From the human T2T-CHM13v2.0 reference genome, Homo sapiens, in assembly GCF_009914755.1 (NCBI RefSeq), contig NC_060940.1: a stretch of DNA of 64,000 nucleotides; one strand, written 5' to 3'. The notes under the pieces were generated by a model, which searched no databases, was not told the DNA's origin, and saw only the letters and a program-made list of their open reading frames with translations. The first letter of the stretch is position 1. Each line of letters begins with the position of its first letter. Positions 1 to 15,129 of this stretch are shown here, in pieces. A program made the position numbers and the translations under genes.

Positions 1-397
1 GAAGGTTGTGGGTTTACTGGAATGATGGCAAGGAACACCTGGCCCACCAAGGGCGGAAAACCCCTTAAAGGCGTTCTTAAACCACAAACAATAGCATGAG
101 CTATCTGTGCCTTAAGGACATGCTCCTGCTGCAGATAACTAGCCAGACCCATCCCTTTACTTTGGCCCATCCTTTTATTTCCCATAAGAAATACTTTTAG
201 TTAATATATAATCTATAGAAACAATGCTTATCACTGACTTGCTGTCAGTAAATATGTGGGTAAATCTCTGTTCAGGGCTCTCAGCTCTGAAGGCTGTGGG
301 ACCCCTGATTTCCCACTCCACACTCTGTATTTCTGTGGGCCTTTAATTCCTCTAGTGCCACTGGGTTAGGGTCTCCATGACCGAGCTAGTCTTGGCA
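1..397 (+). mobile_element. 3' part of a MER9-type solo LTR (HERV-K HML-3 family), truncated by the window edge
   Basis: Matches the recalled MER9 consensus (gaaggttgtgggtttac...aaaccacaaacaatagcatgagc...gggttagggtctcc...cttggca). Ends in CA with no primer-binding site after it. Confidence 0.8.
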
Positions 398-3300
398 CCT
401 GTGCAAGGCACAGGACTCTCCGTTTCCTGCCTATGACATGGGGTCAGAAGGAGCATGGGTAAGACTTGGTACTTTAGCCTCATCCTTCCCAGCAGACTCA
501 GGCCTGGTCTCCAGCATCCCTTCCTCCCCCTTACCTGTGAGAGAAGGACTCTATCCTGGAGGCCAGGATCTTCACAGCAAAACCATGTTCTGAATAACAA
601 TGACTTCCTATCCTGGGATATTATCTCCCAAATCGACCTCATCCAGCCCACCTTTTCTGGGTGACTTGGCTGCACCAACATCCTTCTTTGAGTTCTCTGG
701 GGAGTCCTTGTGGCTCTGGGGGTGACAAGGATGGAGCTGAATCAGATGGGCCTAGCTGGTGAGGGAGGGCTGTCTGCCTCACTTCACCTGGGGGGGCATG
801 TGCCTTATAGAACAGTGTCTGCATACCTTCCTGAGCCTCCAACCCACAGTCCCACCTCATCCTCAGCACCCCTGCAGTCCACCGCCTCTTCCCTCCCACA
901 TCCTGAGCCCTCCCTTCCCATCTGCTGCTCCTCAGCCCACCATGGCATGGCTTCCACCTGAGCACACTGCCCAAAGCACTCTCCCCAGGGTCACCAATGC
1001 CACTGTTAGGGCCCAGCCCAAGGATCTTCTCCAGCCCTGATGTGTGTGACTTCTCAGCAGCACCCCCCACCACTGCACACTCCCTCCTCCTCTTCCCTGA
1101 CCAACATGATCCCCCTGTCCCTCCCTCTCTGGCTCCATCCCCTTCCACCAGTCCTGAGCTGGGGATGTGCCTGGGCCCAGCCTCTTCTCTTTCTCACCTC
1201 ATCCTCTCCATGGCTTCAAATATCCTCCTTCCACCATGAAGTTCCCATGGCAAATCCTAATCCTGGCCCTGATCAGGCTTTACAGATGGAGGGGACAGCT
1301 GCCTCCCAGGCATCACATGTGGCTGACCCTTAAGCGTCACTGAAGACTTGTCTTGTGGGAATGGAATTTAGCTTCCTCCACAAACTGGCCGCTGCTCTGT
1401 GTAGGTCCCCCTTCCCTGTTGAATCACTAATCCTAATCTCCCAACTGGCCCATGGTCCCCTACCTCTGTGGCCAAGCCCTGGGATGGGCATTTCTCCTGT
1501 TTCAAGACTGCCACTTGGAACCCCTCTAATAAGCCCACTGCTCTCTAAGTCAAGCTTCCTAAGCCAGCACTCTCAGGCACCAACCTAAAGCCAGCCTCAG
1601 TTTCTTCCTGCCTCCCACTCAGGTCTAGAAGGGCCAAAACACAGAAGGCTGAAGACCATGCCCCTGCCCTCCCACCTCTGTGCTTTTGTCCAGGCTGCCC
1701 CTGATATTCCATTCTTTCAGGCATGCACACTCATCTTTCTAGGCCTAGGTGAAATAAGCCCTCTTCTCAAATGCCAGAATGACCACTGATGGCAGAATTA
1801 CACCCCATCCCCCAACTTACAGGCTGTGAGGAGAGTGGGGAGTAGGTGGCATAATTTTCCATTCCTACCTAGGCACCAGGGGAACAAAGGAGAGCCCCTC
1901 CCTGCCTTTGGGAGCTGAGGCCTCCTCTCAGAAACCCTCCAGCAAACACAGGCCTGCCTGGATGCCCATTGAGCAAATGGGGACCTGGGACCCCAGGGTG
2001 TGCCCATCAGCCAGGCAGGCCTGCTTGGCTTGGCTTGGCTGAGAGCTCAAAAGTCTCAGCCCTGAGCAGAGTCTGGGTCAGCTTCCAGATAGAACAGCGC
2101 ACCCAGATCCACCCATCCCAGCCAGCCCCATCTTTTCTTCCCTACCCAGCTCTCAGCAGTGGGATTAGGGTGCATTTCCCAGAAATGTGTGGGCCCAAAC
2201 ATGACCCACTGGAAGCATGGAGCAGGAGCCTCAGACAGAGGTTTTGCCAGCACAGAAAGGCATACCAGGGACATGGAGAGAAGCTACTATCCCTCCCCTG
2301 TATCCCACGACATAGAAATAGGACCTCCGGGAGCTCAGATATGGTCCCCTCCTTCTCACCCCAAATAAGGGTGTATGAGGCTCAGAAAGGTCCAGAGTCT
2401 GACCTAAGGACACCGGTCAGAAGGAAACCAGATTCCCTTCCACAGCCACACCCCCACGGCTGCTGCACTGCCCAAAACCCTAGCCACTGAGAGTCTTCAA
2501 TAACTGCATCTGCTGTCACCCCTCCATGAAACTGCCAAGAAGCACAAGGATGCACAAGGACTTCCTCTCCCTTCCGGCGACCCAACAGCTCCCAGGCAGG
2601 GTAACCCCAAGCTCTTGGTAAGTGAGCAGCCATGCCCCACAGTGAAAAACTGCCTGACACTAATGACTGAGCAGACAGGAGTAGGAGGGGCAGAGATCGA
2701 TTGGTTTTCAAGAAGCAGCAAGAGGAAGGGCAGATAGGAGGAGGAACTTACCCTACAAGGTCCCAGAGAAAGGCTGTGTTGACTGGTATGCCCCTGGAAT
2801 GAGGGGAGAAGGAGGAAGGGCCCCCACCCACTGTGAAGCAGCAGTTTTGAGCTCTGAGATCCCAGAAGTGGGGAGGCAGAGACCTGGACCTAGATGAGAA
2901 ACCTGTGCTCCTTGGCGTGTCTAGAATGGGAGGCATGGATAAGGAGAGGGAAGACAAGGCCAGGTGGCCACAGGCCCCATCCTCCCTCCCCAGCTCTGGG
3001 AGCCCACCACCTGCAGAGGGCATCTATCCCCTGATCAGATTTCAAAACAACGTGGCTGGTTCCCCAGAGGCCTCCTTTTACCCATGAGGGTCTGTCCTGC
3101 CCCTCCTCCTTCCTCTGGAGAACCCTGAAGGTCTCATCATCTCTGGGTGAAGCCCTGGGGACCTCCCCAGTGAGAGAGTAGCCAACTTGTTCATGAGGAC
3201 TCCACTGCTCCCTGGTGCCACCCTCTCCTGGGCCCTGGGGTCTCAGGACTGCCATGTTAGCAAAGTAGCCAGTTCCCTGGTGCCATCTGTGTTCCTCACT

Positions 3301-4339
3301 CCAGTCTCTGCCGCTACCCTTGCTCTAATGCAGCTGGTGGGTCCCAGGCTGGAGCTCGAGCTGGCTTTGGGCTTCAATGGGCCACACTTACCAGGGCTGC
3401 CCCAGGAAGGGTGCACTCCCCTTGCCTTGCATCTGGCTGAAGGTTGGCCAGAAGGACGGCTATGGGCCAGGAGGCCCCAGTGGCTCCAGGATACCAGAAA
3501 ACACAGCTATCTGCACTCGGGCCTATCTCCCTATACCCCCAGAAAGGGGCCACTCCTGGCAAGGCCACTGGGTGACAGGAGAACCCGGCATTTGGGGTAC
3601 TTGCACCCCTGAAGATTGAGGGCCTAGGAGACTGGCTGACAGCATAAGCGCCCTGAATGGGGGTCCTCTGCTCAGCTTCCACCCCAGAGGGTTGGGCAGA
3701 ACTGCTTTGGCAACAGCTGATGTAGAGCTGGGCCCAGGCCCTGAGGGGCTGCCCCAGTCTGCCAATCACAGGCACTGAGCATCTCCTCTGCCTTCTGGGC
3801 CTAGAGGCCAGCTGGGGCCTCTGGTTCCTGCTGCCCCCTGCAGGTGCCCTGACAGTCACCTCCTTCCTGAGAGTCACTGGTGATGGTGAGAGGGAGGTGG
3901 ATGGAACCCCCCATCACTGTCTCCCAGAGGACAACTGCACTGGTACCCCAGGCCTCTGAGCTCCAACTGAGAAGCTGGTGGCTCCACCTTCCCATCCTCA
4001 CAGCCCCTTCCCTGCCAGGAGGGAACCAAGTCTCTCCCAGGGGGAACAGAGCTGGCAGCAAGAGGCCAAGGGCAGCTCAGCTGGGGAGAGGGAGCATGCC
4101 CACCTCGCCAGGGCACCCCCCAGGGCCTCTGCTGTGCTCCCAGGGCCCCGTCAGGACAGCTCTGGCATCCATCCTAACCAGCTTAAGTGGGAGCCAGGAT
4201 CTCCCTACAGCCCTGCCCCTCCAGGCCCAGGGACCCAGGCAGAGGCTGTGCCTCTCCATAGCTCCCACCATGGGTTCTGGGCCTCACACAATGACCAGAT
4301 GGGAAGAAGGGCCAGGCCTAGGCAGAACCCGTCTCTTAC

Positions 4340-6620
4340 CCACTCCCCAGATTGAAAAAGAAATAGGTCATTTCACATGTCATGATTTTGTATAAATATT
4401 TGTAAGAAATTTACTAAAAACCTATATGAATTAATAAATTAATTAGATACAATCAGATACAAGATCAACATACAAACTTAAATTGTACTACTGTATAAAA
4501 TTAGTCAATCTAAAAATTAAATGAAGACAAAAATACCATTGGTAAAAGCCTCTTAAAGGAAGAAATAGTCAGAAATAACTTTAAGAAAATAAGAGCAATG
4601 ACATCATAGTGAAAAATTATTTTAAAATGCTAAAAGTAATCAAAGAACTGAATATGTTGAGAGACATCAATATTCAAGAATAACAATGCTTAATATTAAT
4701 ATCAAAATACTAAAAGCTGGATCTATAGATTTAATGCAAATTCTCTAGGTTTTTTCAACAAAAATTTTAAACCTCTTCCTAAAATGCATGTGGATACGCA
4801 AAGGAAATAAAATATATGCATTTTTTGAAAAGAATAACAAAATTTAGTTACTTACACTGCCAATATCTTTTTTTTTTTTTTTTCAGAGACAGGGTCTTGC
4901 TCTGTCACCTTGGCTGGAGTTCAGTGGCAGGATTACAGCTCACTGCAACCTGGAACTTCTGGGCTCAAGTGATCTTCCCACCTCAGCCTCATGAGTAGCT
5001 GGGACTACAAGTGCATGCCACTCATCCCGCTAACATTTGTTTTTTCTTGTAGAGATGGGATCTTGGTGTGTTGCCCACGATAGTCTCAGACCCCTGGGCT
5101 CAAGCAATTCTCCTGCCTTGGCCTCCCAAAATGCTTGGATTACAAGTGTTAGCCACCTTGCTCACCCATCCAGTATCAATTTTTACTGCAATGTTATAGT
5201 CTGGTACTAGCATAAGTATAGATTCATGTAGGCCAACAGAATAGAATAGAAGGGCCACTAATAAACACATTAATTTATGGTAAATTGATTGTGTCAAAGA
5301 TGCCAAGAAATTGTAAAAGGAAAATAAATGTCTTTTCAAAAAATTTTGCTGGGAAAATTAAATATACACTTTGCAAAAGGAAAAAGTGGACTCCTAACTC
5401 AAACCACAGACCCCCAAAAATACTCAGAAAGGGTAATATATCAAAATGTAAGAGGTTAAAGACAAAATTCTTTGGAGAAATCTTATAGTTAATATTTGTA
5501 TTCTTGGGTTACATAAATATGTCTAAGATATTACACCAAAGGCACAATTTTATTAAAAAAATAAATTATACTTTATTGAATTGGAAACTTTTGTTTTTAG
5601 AACATCAAAAAGAATATGAAAACATATGCTGCTTAATGGGAAAAATATTTTAAATTGTATACATTATTTGGGTATATTAGGGTTTATAAAGAACACACAC
5701 ACATATATATTTTATATATATATCATATATATTTTATATAAAATCTCATTTATATATGGAATCTTAAAAACCAAACTCAGAGAAGCTAGTATCTAGAATA
5801 TATAAAAAACTCTTATCGGTCAATAATAAAACAACAATTGACCAATTAAAAATGGACAAAAGATTTGAATAGATGTTTTCCATAGAAGATACACAATTTG
5901 CCAATTTGCTCAATTTCATCAGTTGTTAAGAAAATACAAATCAAACCACAATTAGTACTAGTTGACACCCACTAGAATGGCTATACCAAAGATACAATGA
6001 CAAATGTTAGAAAAGAAGTGGAGAATATGGAACTCACATATGCTGCAAATAGGAATGTAAAATATTCTGCCACCTTGAAAATAAAACAATACGAAATAAA
6101 AATGTGGCTATCCCTCAAAATGTTGCACATAAAATCACTATAGGACACAGAAATTCTAACCCAAAGTTAGTATGCAAAGGAAATTCCTATAATCATACAA
6201 AGACGCTCATATGAATGCACATAACATGTGGTCATGTCCATGCAATAGAACTCCACTTGCCATCCAAGAGGAATAATGTAATGATGCAATGATGCAAACT
6301 ACAACAGAAATGAAACCCAAAAACATTAGGCTAAGCGAAAGGAACCAGACCCAAAAGACCACATAATTCATGATCCTGGCTATTAGAAACTCTGATAATA
6401 GGCTCATCTATAGAGACATAAAATTGATTGTTGTCTAGATCTGACATGGCAAAGGTGAATGCAAGTAGGATGCATTTTCCTCTTAAGGGATACAAATATT
6501 CTAAACTTAGATGGTAATTAAGCTCGCATGGCTCTATAAATATACCAAATAGCCTGGAGTTGTACTTAAAATATGTGATTATATTATATAAAATATACCC
6601 CAGTAAAGCATTTTAAAAAA
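4340..6620 (+). mobile_element. Old L1M LINE fragment (ORF2 3' part and 3' UTR), interrupted by an Alu
   Basis: A-rich, with degenerate L1 motifs (gatacaagatcaacatacaaa, aaaatggacaaaagatttgaataga, aaatcaaaccacaat...cacccactagaatggcta). Confidence 0.7.
4867..5170 (-). mobile_element. AluJ-type SINE
   Basis: Poly-T followed by a diverged reverse-complement Alu dimer. Confidence 0.85.
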
Positions 6621-7129
6621 TTAACAGGTCAACATACACTAAGGTTGTTTAAGATTTTGAGAAACCCAGGGCACAGATTGTAAAAATGAAATCTATTTCT
6701 TGTCCATTTCAAAGCATAATAAAGAAAATGGAGGCAGCAAGCTAACACGCAAAGGTTTGGTTAGTGATGCAGGTGTATTAATGGGCAGGAACCATGTGAT
6801 TCGTTTAACCAGGTCAGAAAAGCAAAGGAAATGATCGTAATTTATTGAAGACCACTCTGACTCAGAGTGACTCAGATTGTTAGGAATGTGAAAGCTGTAC
6901 TCGTAGGTTTGGGCATATTTCTTATCAAACACAGCTCAAAAGAGCCATCTCACAGAAAGGTTATCAACGACTCTCCTATCCGCAGTTTCCTGGAGTTTTA
7001 CAGTTGTCTATCGCCAGCCCTAAAACTGCATTGTAGTCACTCATTCTAAACCCAATGTAGCACTCAAATCTAATACGAAACTCCATTTCATGACTACCAC
7101 GTTCAATAAATTGCCTTTTATTTTTTTCA

Positions 7130-8500
7130 TTTTTTGGCCAGCCCTCCGCATTCCCTCTGTTTGTAGCCCTACCTGTCGCCGCTCGCTCTGGAGCAAAATT
7201 GTCCACCTCGGGAGCTGGGGCTGCGGGTCCGCGTACTGCGCCGGGCGCCCGTGTTGGCTGGTTCAGGAGCTGTGGGGCGGGCTTGGAGCTCACAGGGCGC
7301 AGATGTCCCCTGACAGCCCCGGGAGCCCGCGGCCGCCCCCCGCACCAGGCCGCGCTCCCCTCAGCAGGCGCCCCAAGGGTTCTGATCTGGGCTGGAAATT
7401 GAGCCCAGCAGAGAAGGAGGAGGGGGAGCGCCGACCCCACCCTCCGCTCCGCACGGTCGGCCAAGTAAACCCAATTCCAATTCCGTAATAAAAGGATGCA
7501 GAGGTGCGCAACTAGCTCCGTTCCTTCCTGCTGCCTGCCCTTAAGGGGTGGCCCCACTGTCTCCAAGGCTCAAGGAGCTTCCCCGCCCAGGAGCCCCGCG
7601 ACTCCCCCGAACTAAGTTTGCCAAGCGCCAAGTGTGGCAGGCGGGAGCCCAGGCCTCCTGGCCGCGTCCACCGGGCGATGCAGAGAGCGATGCCAGTTTC
7701 ACTTCCTTCCTCCGGGACCCAGAAAGGTCTGAAGACGGGAAAATACCCCGCGCCGGGTAGGGGCGACCCTAGGAGCCCCACGGATCTATCTCCCAGACGC
7801 CCTACAGAAGGACCCTGCAAGACCTAACCTGCTGAGGCCCCTTCTTTCCACCCTTTACCTCTCGGGGGAGCCATCATTCCCCTGAGTGTCCCCCTAGGTT
7901 ATTCACGCGCACCCCGCATTGACCTCTGGCCTTGGAGCACCCTCGAGTGTTCCCCGCCCGGAACATGGGACTCCACAATTATTCCCCTCCAAAGACTCCT
8001 CCCAAACCTGTCTCCTGGCATCAGCGACACTGACACACTGCGGCAACTGCCCAGGCTGCCCCCTTCCCCGCCCCAACCACCTCGGGGTCTCCACAATGAG
8101 TTCCCCAGGTCGAGGGCTGTACTGAGACCCTGCACAGCGACCCCGACTCACAGGAGGACCCTCCAGCACTCCCTCAGACATCCCGCCCCCCCTACAGGGG
8201 AGACTAGGCCCCACCCTCCACCCAGACGATGGCTTCCCCCAGCCACCCCTAAAAATATGCTTTCCCGGAGACCCCGCACAGGGCGCCTCTGTCACACAGG
8301 GGCGACCCCATAAATCCCTCCCCAGACATCTTCCCCCCTCCCCAGATGGAGATCTCACAAGCGGAGAGCTCCCCTGGAGAGGATCCTCAGAAACCATCCT
8401 CAAAGCCACCACCACAGTCAGAAAGACCCAAGGGAGAATCGTGGGCACGAAACACATCTCCACACATGCACTCCTCCCGGCACTCACGGCCACCTCACCC
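7130..8500. promoter_or_regulatory. CpG/GC-rich promoter-like region with no assigned gene
   Basis: Dense CpG at 7170-7800 against CpG-poor flanks, a GC box (ggggcggg) near 7274, and a C-rich + strand to about 8500. Confidence 0.55.
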
Positions 8501-10657
8501 CATGGAGACCTCAAAATGCTCTCCGTATGTTGCAGGGAAAAGAAAGGGAGAGCCCAGCAGAACTTCCCGCAGGAGAATCCATTTTCCTTTTATTCATTAT
8601 GCAGTGGAGCCTAAGTGCAGGGCACGAAGGATTTTACACAAAATTTTAAGTTGTTAGGTATAGGTTTTCATGGAAATGTAAACATTTAACAAAGATACAG
8701 ATAATAGATAATAAACCCATCCTAAGTACATTATCACTAGGTTTCAGCAATTCTTATTTTGCCATTTATTTTCAACGATCAATCCAAATATCCTAGTAGT
8801 ATTTTAAATCAAATATAAGATACAATATCATTAATTTTGGAAAAACTTAAGTAACTATATCTAACAAGTGAAGATAAAAAAGAAAATATTATCACAACTA
8901 ATATAATTTTTAATATATAAAATAGATAAATTTGTGTATTCACCAGAGTAGACTTTACAACCACTGAAGGTTTTGCATGAAATGTTTTAACATGTTTAGT
9001 CTAATATTTTATCTTCAGACAAAATATCAATACATGAAAACATTCAATTACATATAAAGGGCCATAGATTATGGTTGGAGGAGGAAATCGCAAATTGACG
9101 GTGGGATATTCCAAACCACTGCACTGTGAAAGTAAACGCAAGAAAGAAAATAGGGATTCCTATAGTTCCCGATAAAAGGAAAGGAAAGGTAACTCGCAGA
9201 GAGCCACTCCCTCACTTTGCCATATTCAAATGTCTAGAACAAGGCACAGGTCTGGCCATACCCAAGAAAAGATGAGGATTCAGGTGTAACAAAAGACAGC
9301 AGAGATCATGGGGCATCTTAGGATTCTGCCCCCTACATCCACCCTTGCACAAAAACTTGATCTAACATCTCACATTGGTGGGGATCTGGTGTTCTTGTAA
9401 GAGAAAAGAAAGTCTCAGAAAGTGGTTCCCTTGTAGACTCTGAGGCAGTTGCTCCTCAGCACCTTCTATTTTGGAAGCCAGAAAATTATTTCTTGATTGA
9501 CAAGGGGGGCAGTCCTGTGCACCATAGGAGTCCCATTGTTGACTGCATGTCAGTAGCTGCCACCAGTTATTACAACCAGAACTGCGTGAGTAAACTTCCT
9601 CAGGATGCAGAAGCCGCTCCCGTGAGAACCTCAGCTCCTCTCCATATGCAAACAGACAGATGCAGGCAGCACCAGCAATCTCTTGAACCACTGCAGTGCA
9701 CTGGAAAATGTGAGGTGCGGTGTGTCCCAGTGTTAGAATTATAGACAGGCTTTTGTTTTGTTGATAAGCGCTGAGACCATACAATGCATCGGGGCAAGAT
9801 TAGCTGGGAAAATGATCTTCTGATAAGGTTTTGAACCCAGATGCTCCTCCTTTGTTGTTTTCCCGGAACTGGGTAAATTCAGTTTTCACTTCTGTAGCTC
9901 CCCTAACAATCCCAAGGCCAGGTCTTTTACTGCTTCCCTAGGTGGAGTGACCATTATCGGCCTGGGAGAAGATGAGCTGATTTCATCTCTTCCTTTATAA
10001 CCATGACGTGGGGGCCTCATTTCACATGCACAGATTCCCTCCGAAGACTAGATGAGCAGACCTGAGCCACCCTGGTGCTTGGAGTAACGACAGTCTTGCC
10101 CCAATGCCACTCTCTCTTCCCAACATTGTTGAGTTTTGGGCCATCATGCATTCAGTGCCTCAGTGGACAGAGAACCAAACCCAGGTGCTCTCACAAATCT
10201 GGAGCCAATTCTAAAGTTTTTTTAGCTCCAGCTCAGCTCAGACCACTGTCACCTGCTAGGGACTGTGGGTGACTGTGGACACCACTGGCACCTGCTTGAG
10301 ACTGGGTGACTGGACTCTGAGCTGGGATGTGCTGTGTCCATGTGACACTCCTTCTCTCCAAGAGTTGTTCAAGAAGGTGGTGCCCTAGGAATGCCATCTG
10401 GACCCAGTGAAAGAGGAAGGGCAGGAAGCACCTGGCACCCACTGTTCATCCCACCATCACCCAGTTCCACAATGTGGCTAACTTGAAGATACTTCCTCTT
10501 GATGAAAATCCTAAACAAACAAACAAACAAAAAAATAACAAATAAAACAAAGAAGAAAAAAAGAAAATCCTAATATTGTTGTTTCTTTCAGCAGAAGTGA
10601 TATTTTCTAGTCTTTACAGTTGAGAAGTTCAGGGTCTTATAAGGCCAATTTTTCTCT

Positions 10658-10771
<114 letters not shown>

Positions 10772-10783
10772 CTAGGAAAGTAA

Positions 10784-11117
<334 letters not shown>

Positions 11118-11270
11118 GGGCTCCAGCATTTTTTAAAAGGCATCACTGATGAGAAGCCACACATGCAGATTCCTTTAGATGGTCCCTTTGCAACTGCTTT
11201 GGCTGAGGTTTACACTGCCAGGTTCTGAGGATGCTACTCCCTGCCCATTCACTAAGGTGATCTCCTTTAA

Positions 11271-11310
11271 GGGCTATGAATAGATTGCCAGGGCTATGAA
11301 TAGATTGCCA
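11271..11310. repeat. Perfect 2 x 20 bp tandem duplication (gggctatgaatagattgcca)
   Basis: Seen directly in the sequence. Confidence 0.9.
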
Positions 11311-12123
11311 GAGCCAAGAGGAACTTACTTTATTAAGTTATTTTAAAATTGGGCTCATCGCTTGATGATAGTCACATAAAAAATAAAATAGGACTCCCAA
11401 AGATTTCAAGAGTATTGTGACAAGCTCCTAACAACAATATCTGTTACCTGTGCACTTGTTCCTTCAATGTAATAAACATGCACTTGTGCCAAAAAATCGA
11501 TTTACTCAGTGATTCAAATTCTACCAAATTCTTGTTAGTTACTATATACTCAAAGCAAATTTTAATGAGACAGGTTTGTTCTGGGCTATTTGGAACATCC
11601 AAGAAGTCTAATGACTGAAGCACCATAAGGTGCTACTTTACATGCACATTGTGGTAGAAAAATGTATTATTCTAAAGTATCACCAAGATACCAGAGAAAG
11701 TGCCAATTTTATATATGTCTATTTCAGTTGTAATTTTCCTGTATACTCACCAAGGGTCAGAAGCCATAAATCTTACATTACCCCATGAAAGTTACCATTT
11801 TCATTAAAAACCCATGTCCTTCCTACAGCCAGTACTTGAAACACTGGCACCTTATACAGTCTAAGTACAAGTCTCTCAGCCACTACTGCTTTGTCTAATA
11901 AACTCATGGGACTGCACCGTGATATATACGGTAGACAATGACATAAATTTGCAAACTGTGTAAGTAAAAGACAGTCAAGAGTGGTAACTGCATTGTGTAT
12001 ATAGGTATAATTAAGAATACAATTGCATTTATTCAAGCATTGTTGTATGAACGGATAGAGGTTAAAAACAAAGCCCATTAAAATCAGATTAAATTTAATT
12101 AAAAATATTCTGAATTATGGTCA

Positions 12124-12455
<332 letters not shown>

Positions 12456-12644
12456 CTAATTAATTAATTAATTAAGAATATGGATCCTTCTATAGACCAT
12501 AAAAGATAAGAAATATGATGCCAAAGAAATAAGCTCTTTGCTCTGTTAATTTTAAGGCTTTCATTTTCCAAATCACTACTTAATATGATTTTGTAACAGA
12601 TTTTGGCTTTTGTGGCCTATGGAAAACTCCACTAAGTGACTTCA

Positions 12645-12857
<213 letters not shown>

Positions 12858-14057
12858 CTAGTCAAGTGGGTTATCTTTAAAAATATCATTCTGAGCTACT
12901 AGGATGCTCTAAATTCTATTTTGAAACACATAAAGGCTGCATGATCAGGTCCCTACACTAATGTCCAAATAAGACACAGCTGCTTGGGGCTCTTCTGCAT
13001 CCCAGCACCCCAAGTTTGGGATAAGGGAAAGGTGGAAGCCTCTTCTGCACTCCTGCTGCTGAATCGGGGCTCATTCTTCAGAGTTCCCTTAGGGCAGCTG
13101 CACAACTCAAACTCCATGCTCACTCACAAGACACGCAATAGCAATCACATGACAGGAATGATGGGTGTCATTTATTAGCTCTTTAGTACCTCCAGGCATT
13201 TTTACCAGGACGATAACAGGAAGGGGCTTACTGAAGTAGAGAAGCACCAACAAGAGGACTGGGTGCATCACCACAGCAACAAATGGACCCATGGAGAGCC
13301 ACCCTATTATCTCAGAGGAGGAAAAACTCTAAGGCTACAAGAAGGATTCATCCCAAATAATTACGTAAGCAAGCTACATTCCATGGCAAAAAGAATCCCC
13401 TTCCCTCTGCTCCAGCCCACAAGGCTATGTCAAAGGGGCATAACACAAGTTTCTGCTCACCTTAGTATTATGAAGAGTTGAAACTGCCACTGTGACAGGA
13501 CAAGGATATTCTTTAAAGTTTGAAAGGCAGAAAAATCAAGGAGAGACATTTTGGCTAGACTAAACCCATTTTACGATGTGATTTCTAGAAGGGCCCTGGC
13601 CTTACACATGCGGTGTTGCTCCTGAGTTGGGAATGCAACCGTGAAGCGCTCAGCATCTGTCACCCCTGGCCAGAACGGGATGTGGGGGAGTTGAATGCAG
13701 TGGGAGACTAAAGGGCTGGGAGCCGTCCTCTGCCACACGGTCATCCAGCCGCCCTCACCAAGGCTAAATTAATAGGTACACAGTTAGAGTAAATCTGGCT
13801 GCTTTCAGAGTAACCCCTGTAATGAGTTAATTGCTTAAAAATGATCACTATCTAAACAATATATTTGGTTTCTTGGTTTGAAAGTTTTAATATTTTACCC
13901 ACTGGCTAAGTCAACAAATGCTTGATGTTCTCCTGTAAGGGGGGCAGTTAGACCACGAGCCAAAATGAGGTGATCTCATTTGCTGAACTTAAAACCCAGC
14001 TGAACCTACTTCCAAAATTAATTTTCTGTTCAAATGTCCATAAGTCCATAGAAATGT

Positions 14058-14302
14058 AAATATATATATTTGAATTATATATATATAATTCGAATTATAT
14101 ATATATAATTCAAATAAATATGAATATTATTTCATATATTTATATATTTGAATTATATATAATATATATAAAATTATATATATAATTCAATTATATATAA
14201 TTAAATTATATATATAATTTAATTATATATAATTCAAATATATATATAATTCAATTATATATATAATTCAAATTATATATATAATTCAAATAATATATGA
14301 AT
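14058..14302. repeat. AT-rich minisatellite built from self-complementary aattata(ta)ntataatt units
   Basis: Seen directly; includes a perfect 50-bp palindrome at 14067-14116. Confidence 0.9.
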
Positions 14303-14626
14303 AGATAGCTAATCAGGACTAGACTTATGACAGGAATTAAAGGCACTTCACTATCCCTTTTTATTTTCTCCATTAGTACGTTGTAACCGTGTAGAAATAC
14401 AGTACTTCACAGAATTAACATATTAATAGAAATTTAATCCTGAAGAAAATCATTCTGTGTATAGAATATGCATCTTCTGGGCTTTGTGGTTTCTTTTAAA
14501 TGGCTAGATGATTGAATAGCATACCCTTTACAGACACAGCAAATTTTCCAAATAGCAGCTACTTAGTTTAACTTACTCTTTAGAAAGGAAATATTCTAGG
14601 GAGACACATAGATATTGGAAAGTTTT

Positions 14627-14714
14627 TTTATTTTATTATTATTATACTTTAAGTTTTAGGGTACATGTGCACAACGTGCAGGTTTGTTACATATGTATAC
14701 ATGTGCCATGTGGG
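14627..14714 (-). mobile_element. Very short, 5'-truncated L1PA insertion with a 16-bp TSD
   Basis: L1PA 3' terminus (ttatactttaagttttagggtacatgtgcacaacgtgcaggtttgttac); TSD gatattggaaagtttt at 14611-14626 and 14715-14730. Confidence 0.9.
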
Positions 14715-15129
14715 GATATTGGAAAGTTTTAAGAAAAATCTGATCAACACCAATTTTTTAACTGTTACATTTACACTCAAAACGGGACCATTGCAAAGAG
14801 TCAACAGCAGGGGGCTGAAACAAATGTCTATAAACACTTTGATGTAATGCTTTTCAAATTCCCAAGATCATAAACAGAAGCAGCCTTCTTGGAGCATAGC
14901 TCCTGGTGTTTCACCATTCACACACCAACAGCACTGTTTGGAACCGGTCTTCTTGGAGCTAGGCTCTGCCCCACTGCTCCTGGAGCTCACTTCTGTGGAA
15001 ACCTGCACATATCCCTGCATGCTCTCTGATCTTGTGACTAGAACTCAGAGCCCCAGCCAGCTGAGCTGCAGGTTTTGAGAACAATTCAGCTGCCATGATG
15101 GTAGAACTAAGTGTTCATGATTACAAATT

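Noticed and set aside
400-4400. Many overlapping 60-170 aa ORFs on both strands
   Set aside because: No recognisable domain; expected in GC-rich DNA with permissive start codons.
9362-10442. ORFs of up to 140 aa just downstream of the cyclin stop codon
   Set aside because: No homology recognised in any frame; probably 3' UTR or flank. Minus-strand AATAAA at 8765-8770 and 8589-8594 are only candidate poly(A) signals.
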